DNA of 64,000 bases from Chitinivibrionales bacterium (GTDB lineage Bacteria > Fibrobacterota > Chitinivibrionia > Chitinivibrionales > JANQEN01). Both the position numbers and the translations under genes were made by a program. A model generated the notes under the pieces. The model saw nothing but the letters and a program-made list of their open reading frames with translations, searched no databases and had not been told where the DNA came from. How positions within the stretch are numbered: the stretch's first letter is position 1; every line of letters begins with the position of its first letter. The DNA lies in contig JANQEN010000203.1 of the NCBI GenBank assembly GCA_028278335.1, positions 107,950 to 171,949 on the forward strand. The letters are read 5' to 3'. This document shows positions 26,829 through 33,941 of this stretch, piece by piece.

Positions 26829-29509
26829 TAGTGCACCTCCACCGCATCAAAGTTGCAGGAATCAAGGCAGATACCGCATTGAATACAAATGTTTGAATCT
26901 AGGGTATGCTTTGTTTTTCGTTCTCCAGAAATGGCATTGACTGGACAGTTTTTTGCACAAACCGTACAACCGGTACAGTTATCATTTATTGTAAAAGAGA
27001 TTAACTCTTTACACACACCAGCAGGACAGGTTTTGTCAACAACATGTGCCTCACACTCCTTTTCAAAATGAGTAAGGACACTTAGAATAGGATTAGCTGC
27101 AGTTTTACCAAATTGGCAGAAACTTGTCTTTGCCATAGTTTGAGCAACTTCTTTTAACTGACCGATCATTTCTTTTCCGCCATGACCAGCAACAATCCTT
27201 GAAAAAATTCTATCAGCTGCAGCAAGCCCTTCTCTACAGGAGGTGCACTTACCACAGGATTCCTCTAAAAGAAACTGTACCTGCTTATGTGCCGCATCTA
27301 CCATACAGGTACGGTTATCCTTAACAGCAATAGCGCTTGCTCCCATGATCATACCAGCCTCCTTTAATGAATTGTAGTCGACCGGTGTGTCCAATTGTGA
27401 TGGTGGAACAAAACTACCAGAGGGCCCACCAATATGAAGTGCTTTGATTGTTCGCTTCTTGCTATTAATTCCTTGGCCCAGTTCCTCAATAATGTGACGA
27501 AGTGTTGTATCCTGTGAAACCTCAACAAGTCCAGAATATGTTACTGCCCCGGAAAGAGAGAGCACCTTCGTTACTTGAGCCTCATCTTTGTCAAAAAGCA
27601 AGGGGATTGATGCCCAGGTTTCAATATTGTTGACCAGTGTTGGTCGACCTTGCAGCCCCGATTCTGTGGCATGAATAAATTTTGCCTGTGGCTCACCAAC
27701 GCTCCCGGAAAGGGTTTGGAGTAATGCCGAAGACTCCCCTATAACAAAACCGCCAGCGCCTCTATGCAGGGAAAGGTCAAAGGAGAATGCCGAACCTAAG
27801 ATGTTCTTTCCTAAAAGTCCTTGATCATATAATGTATCAACAACCGCAGTAAACCGTTCTAACACGGGAAGGTGTTCATGTCTAAAGCTGACGATCCCCT
27901 CAGTGGCACCTACAGCATATGCCCCAATAAGCATGCCTTCAATCACCGAATAGGGAGAGGGCTCAATGATTGCCGAATTGCACACAACAATAGCAGGTTG
28001 CCCCTTCTCTTTGACAGCATCCAAACAGGCCTGCCATTTTTTTCCCGTGGCTACCCCACCACCACCGCGTCCGCGCAATCCTGACTGTTTTACTATGTCG
28101 ACGACCTCCTCTTTTTTATCCTGATTTAAGAGCTTTTTAAAGGTTGATAACTCAGCATCACCTTCGCGCATAACCTGGGGTTTGTCTATCCCGGCAACTT
28201 TTATCGAAATATCAGAAGCTTTTTTTGAGGTAGCCTTAGATTCAGAAAGAAGCTTTTCAACATTTTGTGCTTTAACAGATCCAATAAGCTCGTCATTAAT
28301 TTTTACTACCGGTGCGATTTCGCAAGCACCAAGGCAGGATGCTGCCTCCAGTGTATATTTTTTATCATCGGTGGTCTCGCCTGCTTTAATTCCCAAGACC
28401 CGTTCAAAGGAGTCTAAAATCCTACTTGCTCCCTTAGCTTGACAAGCAGCACCGGTGCAGACTTCAATTACCGTTTCGCCCTTTGGTTCTAAACTAAAAC
28501 AAGTGTAAAAAGTTGCAATACTATAAATTTTCGCTGTTGCAACACCGGTGTGTTTGCAAAGTAATTCTATGGCTGTTTTAGAGATATGGCGAAACTGTTT
28601 TTGAATATCGAGCATCATCTCCATAAGATTTGCTGCTTTTTCACCACGTTTTTTTATGATCGATTCAATCTTCTCTTTATCATTCACACAGGGTTGTACG
28701 GCAATAGTCTTGGGTGTAACTAGACGAGCCACCTTACTCTCTTCAATTCGCCAGGCTGGTGTAATGCCTCTATTTTTAAGTACAATTGCCTTGACCTTTT
28801 TATTCCGAAAGACCGTACCAATACCACCTCGTCCAGCCTGCTTCAAGCGGGCAACACCACGGCGCCAGTCCCAAAAGGAGAAGTTTAAAATGCCCATTCT
28901 CGCATGTTCTGCACCATGTCCGGCAGAGACGACCGCAATATTGCGCATATCAAGTTCATCGTCAGCATACATCTCTGTGAGCTCCTCAGCAACCACATGA
29001 GAATCAACACTCTCTTTGGGAGCTTTCTCAATGGTTACCTTTTTTGTTACTGCATCAATAAAGATGATAACATCTTCATTCGCTTTCCCAACTATCGTTA
29101 AAGCATCAAATCCAGTAAACTTTAAAAAGGGGCCAAAGTAGCCACCAACATTAGAGTCAATCACCAAGTTGGTTAAGGGTGAGATAGAGGTGACCAAGGT
29201 TTTTCCTGAACCAGGAAATGATGTAGTACCGCCCAAGGGACCAGAGGAGAAACAAATAGGGTTTTCTGGGCTTTCCCAGGTTGTTTTCTTTGAAATCTCT
29301 TGAAACATGAGCCAGAGATCAAATCCCTTGCCACCGACCCAGAGATCTTTCATCTGTTGTGTGACCGGCTGGATTGAAAAATCATTAGTCCCAAGATCAA
29401 TTCGCAACGTTCTGTTTGCATATCCCCCGTTAAGGGAAACAGTATCAAAGTCGAAGGAGCCGACTATCTGATGCGCTTTGTGCATCTCTAAAACAGACTG
29501 ACTTGGCAT
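26828..29509 (-). CDS. fusion protein: AOR N-terminal (pterin-base) domain plus NuoE/HydC-like [2Fe-2S] plus NuoF/HydB-like domain plus 2x[4Fe-4S] ferredoxin
   Basis: aa ~24-246: GGYANRTLRIDL, GPLGGTTSFPGSGKTLVTSISPLTN, AGRGGIGTVFRNKKVKAIVLKN (AFOR_N-like). aa ~345-400: CTGAACQAKG...CLGACEIAP. aa ~470-815: GLRGRGGGGVATGKKW, GAGGFVIGESSALL, ESCGKCTSCREG, CQFGKTAANP. C-terminus: CTGCTVCAKNCP and CIQCGICLDSC. The stop overlaps the next ATG (TAATG at 26828), with GGAGG 7 nt upstream. Confidence 0.8.
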   Translation of the reverse strand: MPSQSVLEMHKAHQIVGSFDFDTVSLNGGYANRTLRIDLGTNDFSIQPVTQQMKDLWVGGKGFDLWLMFQEISKKTTWESPENPICFSSGPLGGTTSFPGSGKTLVTSISPLTNLVIDSNVGGYFGPFLKFTGFDALTIVGKANEDVIIFIDAVTKKVTIEKAPKESVDSHVVAEELTEMYADDELDMRNIAVVSAGHGAEHARMGILNFSFWDWRRGVARLKQAGRGGIGTVFRNKKVKAIVLKNRGITPAWRIEESKVARLVTPKTIAVQPCVNDKEKIESIIKKRGEKAANLMEMMLDIQKQFRHISKTAIELLCKHTGVATAKIYSIATFYTCFSLEPKGETVIEVCTGAACQAKGASRILDSFERVLGIKAGETTDDKKYTLEAASCLGACEIAPVVKINDELIGSVKAQNVEKLLSESKATSKKASDISIKVAGIDKPQVMREGDAELSTFKKLLNQDKKEEVVDIVKQSGLRGRGGGGVATGKKWQACLDAVKEKGQPAIVVCNSAIIEPSPYSVIEGMLIGAYAVGATEGIVSFRHEHLPVLERFTAVVDTLYDQGLLGKNILGSAFSFDLSLHRGAGGFVIGESSALLQTLSGSVGEPQAKFIHATESGLQGRPTLVNNIETWASIPLLFDKDEAQVTKVLSLSGAVTYSGLVEVSQDTTLRHIIEELGQGINSKKRTIKALHIGGPSGSFVPPSQLDTPVDYNSLKEAGMIMGASAIAVKDNRTCMVDAAHKQVQFLLEESCGKCTSCREGLAAADRIFSRIVAGHGGKEMIGQLKEVAQTMAKTSFCQFGKTAANPILSVLTHFEKECEAHVVDKTCPAGVCKELISFTINDNCTGCTVCAKNCPVNAISGERKTKHTLDSNICIQCGICLDSCNFDAVEVH

Positions 29510-29853
29510 TATCTCAAACCTCCTTAAAGCAGGTGACCAACTTTGTTCGCTGATTTTTTAAAAAGCTTCTTTGTAAGCTTAAAAAAATAGTTAATTGGTC
29601 TAACCATTTCAACAACTACAAAAACATTACATTTTATAAGCTAAGTTTATTCATCCCCTTGGTTGGATTCCCCTACACCATAAATAAACAACGCAGGAAA
29701 AATACGATCTGAATGCCAAAAAACGATGAAAAAAAATTACTTACCGAATCAGAGGTAGCTATTATATAATAATAATGAATTACTCTTTAAGATATTTTGG
29801 CACATTCCGATAGATTATAATGTATACCTTACTCTTCTTTAATAAGAATAATC

Positions 29854-31074
29854 ATGAAGTTACTGGATAAATTCAATTTAAGTGAGGATGAACAGAAGCT
29901 GATCAAATTGGTCTTCTTGATATCCTGTGGTGCCAGTCTGTTGATTGTACTTACAACCATTGTGATCCAAGTGGCGCTTCTCAAAAAAGATTCCTCAGAT
30001 CTTGCTTTACAGAACAGTAGTGATCATGAACTCCTATCCCTCTACGAAGAACATAGTAAAACCCTATTACCTATTGATTTAGAAGCGCATAAGACCGCTG
30101 CATCTATATACAGCAAAGATAAAAAGCTGGCAAAATCCATTAAACACCTATTACGAGTTCTTTCTGCTGACACTGATAATCGCGAGATTAAATTAGAACT
30201 TGCCACAATCTACCTTAAGGCTGGTCTTTTTCAAAAAGCTGAAGCTCTTTTTGCCGAGCTCCTTAATGAGGATATATCCGATACCCTTGACGAGCCAATT
30301 CTCTGTCGCTATGGACTTGCACTTTTCTATACAGGCCATCCAGAACAGAGCGTGATCCAATTAGACCGCGCTGTAACGCAATTTCCCAAATCCGCAGAAG
30401 CATGGTGTTATCGAGGACAGGTCGAAGCGTCACTAAACATGGCCTCTGAAAAGAGTAAAGAATTTTTTCTTAAAGCACTTTCACTGGATTCACTCTCCAC
30501 TGAGGCACTCTATCAATTTGCTCGCTATTACATGAACAAGCCTAACGCTGAACAGAAAGACTATATTGAAGCTCGCCGCCTCCTCTTACGGCTCGTAAAC
30601 AATGAACCGCTTAATGCAAAGGCTCATTCTCGATTAGGTATGATCTACTATTATCTTAATCAGCGCAACCTTTCTGAAAAATCTTATAAAACTGCTTTGG
30701 CTATCAATCCGACTGATTTCAACACCCATTATAATTTAGGCGAGCTCTACTATTCTCAGTTTAACGACAGAACCAAGGCATTAAAACAATTTAAAAAGAG
30801 CGTTTCTCTTAAGCATGACCATGTGGAGGGCAATTACAAAATTGGCCTTATCTCCTTGGAAAACGAGATGAATAAAGAGGCGGTACAATACCTCAAGCGC
30901 GCTCATCATAACGCACCAGACAACACTCGGATTCTCCTTCAGCTGGGTGTTGCTTATGAAAAACTGAGTCTTCTATCAGAAGCCAAGGAGGCCTATTCAT
31001 CGATTCTTCGTGTTGACGAGCTTAATCTCGTTGCTCGACACAAGCTAAAACTCTTGACGAAATCGGATAAGTGA
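29854..31074 (+). CDS. TPR-repeat membrane-anchored protein
   Basis: N-terminal TM helix (LIKLVFLISCGASLLIVLTTIVIQVALL) followed by about 8 TPR-like repeats. Confidence 0.75.
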   Translation: MKLLDKFNLSEDEQKLIKLVFLISCGASLLIVLTTIVIQVALLKKDSSDLALQNSSDHELLSLYEEHSKTLLPIDLEAHKTAASIYSKDKKLAKSIKHLLRVLSADTDNREIKLELATIYLKAGLFQKAEALFAELLNEDISDTLDEPILCRYGLALFYTGHPEQSVIQLDRAVTQFPKSAEAWCYRGQVEASLNMASEKSKEFFLKALSLDSLSTEALYQFARYYMNKPNAEQKDYIEARRLLLRLVNNEPLNAKAHSRLGMIYYYLNQRNLSEKSYKTALAINPTDFNTHYNLGELYYSQFNDRTKALKQFKKSVSLKHDHVEGNYKIGLISLENEMNKEAVQYLKRAHHNAPDNTRILLQLGVAYEKLSLLSEAKEAYSSILRVDELNLVARHKLKLLTKSDK

Positions 31075-31147
31075 TCGAAGACTTGATAGAGGGAACAACA
31101 AGGAAGTATAAGTAATTGATTTTTTTTTGAAAAAGTAAAAAAAACAA

Positions 31148-31175
31148 TTGATTTTTTTTGAAAAAGGGTTATAAT
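31148..31175 (+). promoter_or_regulatory. sigma70-like promoter candidate for the HU-family gene
   Basis: TTGATT (31148-31153), a 16-nt spacer, then TATAAT (31170-31175), about 113 nt upstream of the ATG at 31289. It lies inside the second of two 21-22-nt direct repeats. Confidence 0.35.
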
Positions 31176-31288
31176 TTAAAAAGTAGCACTAGCAATTACG
31201 TAAGTAAATGAAATAGTATAAGTTAAACAAAACCTACCCTTACCGATTATTTACAAGAGGGTAGATACTCAGTAATAGGGGATTTGAT

Positions 31289-31594
31289 ATGAGTAACGTT
31301 ACAAAAAAAGATCTTGTCGAAAAAATTTCTGACAAAACGGGACTTACTCAGGTTGATACCAAAATCGTTATTGAAAGCTTTCTTGACTCAATTTCTAAAG
31401 CGCTACAAACAGGAAGCAATATTGAAATCCGTGGATTTGGACGTTTCAAAATTAAAGAGAAGAAGGCGCGCATGGCCAGAAATCCCCGCACCAATGAAAG
31501 TGTTCAGGTTGAAGCTGGTTTTAAACCAATTTTTGAGGCATCCAAGGAGTTACGAAACAGAGTTAATGATGCTTTTATAACTCAAGGTGGCTAA
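31289..31594 (+). CDS. HU/IHF-family DNA-binding protein
   Basis: KKDLVEKISDKTGLTQVD... and the beta-arm GFGRFKIKEKKARMARNPRTNE. The overlapping 88-aa ORF in another frame is rejected. Confidence 0.85.
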   Translation: MSNVTKKDLVEKISDKTGLTQVDTKIVIESFLDSISKALQTGSNIEIRGFGRFKIKEKKARMARNPRTNESVQVEAGFKPIFEASKELRNRVNDAFITQGG

Positions 31595-31766
31595 TCAATC
31601 TTTTAAAGGGGTTATTGAGTCTAGACAGTCCAACTTTTTAAAAATTATGCATATATAGAGTTTGTTAATTTAGTATGATTTTACTTAAAAGCAATTACTG
31701 AGATTTAATTTTAGAAATAAAATCTTTATAATTTAGAAAAGTAACTGTATCAATAGTTTAAGAATC

Positions 31767-31975
31767 CGCCACACCTTTAAAATGATTTTCATCCCCTTCA
31801 ATCGCACCACATAGATATTTGGGAAAAGCAAAGATCTGTTCGAGCCCGAAGGGCGAGTTATCGAAGCGCCAAATATCTATGTGATAAGTGCGATTGCGGG
31901 GTGGCGTCTTTTGCTTACTTTTCTTCGCTATAGAAGAAAAGTAAGGCTGCTGTAGGGCAGCATCCCGACGATCTT
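31767..31975. repeat. cluster of long GC-enriched hairpins (REP/MITE-like structured element)
   Basis: A roughly 140-nt hairpin (31767-31906) has arms cgccacacc...ccccttcaatcgcaccacatagatatttgg pairing with ccaaatatctatgtgataagtgcgattgcggggtggcg, and apex gccc-gaa-gggc. Next comes a perfect 13-bp stem cttacttttcttc/gaagaaaagtaag (31914-31945), then gctgc/gcagc (31946-31961). Confidence 0.6.
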
Positions 31976-32053
31976 ACTCTTACAACAAATGGCATGAAAA
32001 AATTGTACATAACTATCAGCAAATATAACAAATTAAAAATCTTTTTAAAGTAT

Positions 32054-32086
32054 AAAAAAAATGGGAGACATGAATCCATATCTCCC
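32054..32086 (-). terminator. Rho-independent terminator downstream of rho
   Basis: On the minus strand: GGGAGA-tatggattcatg-TCTCCC followed by ATTTTTTTT (stem at 32063-32068 / 32081-32086). Confidence 0.55.
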
Positions 32087-32166
32087 ACTCAATGTATTAA
32101 TAATGTCTTTTTTTAAGGCATGATCACGACACAAATAGCCAATAAAAGTCCTTCCTAATTCATCTT

Positions 32167-33417
32167 TTATTGGTTCATTGAATCTAAGAAATCAGCATTG
32201 GTCTTGGTGTTACCAATTTTCTCGATCATGAATTCAGCCATCTCAATAGGACCGCGTGCAGTTGAGGTGAGGAACTTTCGTAATACCCACATTCGGTTAA
32301 GCTCCTCTTTTGTCAAAAGCAACTCCTCTTTCCGTGTACCGGAACGCATAAGATCCATAGCAGGAAAGAGACGACGATCAGCGATTTTTCTATCAAGAAC
32401 AAGCTCCATATTACCGGTACCCTTAAACTCCTCAAAGATAACTTCGTCCATTCTACTTCCTGTTTCGATGAGGGCAGTGGCGATAATGGTCAAGCTGCCA
32501 CCATTTTCGATATTACGGGCAGCACCAAAAAAGCGCTTTGGTTTGTAAAGAGCTTGTGAATCAACACCACCGGAAAGGATTCTACCAGAATGGGGTGCAA
32601 CAGTATTATGGGCACGAGCCAAACGAGTAATACTATCAAGTAAAATGACTACATCTTTATTGTGTTCAACCAATCTCTTTGCCCGCTCAATAGCCATTTC
32701 TGCAACAACCACATGACGCTCTGCTGGTTCATCAAAGGTCGAGCTAATCACCTCGGCCTTAACTGAATATTTCATATCAGTTACTTCCTCTGGACGCTCA
32801 TCAATAAGAAGAACAATTAGAAATGCCTCTGGATGATTTTTAGTAATAGCATTTGCAATGTTTTTAAGGAGGACGGTTTTACCGGTTCGGGGAGGTGCTA
32901 CAATAAGACCACGCTGTCCCTTACCGATTGGTGTAAAGAGATTCATTATGCGACAGGAAACATCTTTTGCTGAGTGCTCCATGTTGAATCGTTGATCAGG
33001 AAAAAGAGGAATCAGGTCATCAAAATTGATCTTCTTCTTACACTCTTCGGGATCTTCGAAATTGACCATTTCCACACGAAGCAGTGCAAAGTATCGCTCT
33101 GATTCCTTCGGTGGGCGGACCTGACCGGAAACAGTGTCACCAGTACGTAAATGAAATCGTTTAATCTGCGAAGGAGACACATAGATATCATCGGGACCAC
33201 TGAGATAACTATTTGATGGAGAACGAAGGAAACCGAAACCATCAGGCATTATTTCCAACACGCCTTCAGCAAACATCTGCCCGCTCTCCGCAGCCTCGGC
33301 TTTTAGAATCTCGAAGATCAGTTCCTGTTTTCCAAGAGCACGCCCTTCGACATTTAGTTTTTCAGCAACAACGTTAAGCTCTTGCATTGATTTTGATTTT
33401 AGTTCTGCAACATTCAT
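32167..33417 (-). CDS. rho: transcription termination factor Rho
   Basis: Rho_N ([23 protein letters not shown]), the RNA-binding domain (DGFGFLRS), Walker [12 protein letters not shown], and C-terminus ...RKEELLL. Confidence 0.95.
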   Translation of the reverse strand: MNVAELKSKSMQELNVVAEKLNVEGRALGKQELIFEILKAEAAESGQMFAEGVLEIMPDGFGFLRSPSNSYLSGPDDIYVSPSQIKRFHLRTGDTVSGQVRPPKESERYFALLRVEMVNFEDPEECKKKINFDDLIPLFPDQRFNMEHSAKDVSCRIMNLFTPIGKGQRGLIVAPPRTGKTVLLKNIANAITKNHPEAFLIVLLIDERPEEVTDMKYSVKAEVISSTFDEPAERHVVVAEMAIERAKRLVEHNKDVVILLDSITRLARAHNTVAPHSGRILSGGVDSQALYKPKRFFGAARNIENGGSLTIIATALIETGSRMDEVIFEEFKGTGNMELVLDRKIADRRLFPAMDLMRSGTRKEELLLTKEELNRMWVLRKFLTSTARGPIEMAEFMIEKIGNTKTNADFLDSMNQ

Positions 33418-33941
33418 TAATACACCTCTATACTATTAAAGGAAGGAATTTGAATAGTAGGTACTACACATATATATAGTATTTACCATTTAATATCATG
33501 ATTTAATTACTTAAAACTTTCTAAACACGTTTACAAATGTTAATATGATTGTGAATTTTGTAATGAAATGGGGTGAATTTCAGTTACGTAGTTAGCAAAG
33601 GCAGGGGGTGCTCGTTAGAATTGATAAAAATGTTGGCCTGTTCTATAAATCCCCTATCCTGATTCAAACCCAGTTAATACAAATCTCTTTTAACAGTTCA
33701 AACTTAACCATCCATTGAATGGATATTCTATGATTTAATGTTGGATTGATTTAACGCCCAATAATGAACCAAAAAAGTTCGAGGTTTAAAAGAGTAAGTT
33801 TTGAATTCTCGTTGGAATTGCTTTAATTACGGTCTATAAAATGGTGTACCGCGATTAGTACTGTCAAGTTATTTTGCGATAATATATAAAATATTTGGTC
33901 CACTCCTCCTCTCTCTCTTTATTCCATATGAAGTCCTTCAA

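Noticed and set aside
385-29101. Numerous 60-135-aa ORFs antisense to, or in alternative frames of, well-supported genes (e.g. 385-699, 2009-2194, 2327-2728, 8153-8497, 13780-14166, 15115-15441, 16197-16517, 25425-25793, 25748-26152, 28656-29000)
   Set aside because: Each is fully nested in a longer ORF with clear family motifs. They have no independent RBS or recognisable domains, and are typical shadow ORFs.
29510-29853. A Moco/Wco riboswitch upstream of the AOR operon
   Set aside because: No GCCUCC(C/G) ... GGAAAGG-type conserved core is visible on the minus strand of this region. An Infernal scan with RF01055 would settle it.
31314-31580. The 88-aa ORF in the +2 frame (one nucleotide downstream) of the HU-family gene
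   Set aside because: It overlaps the HU ORF, which has unmistakable HU/IHF motifs, and its alternative-frame product is a basic low-complexity sequence.
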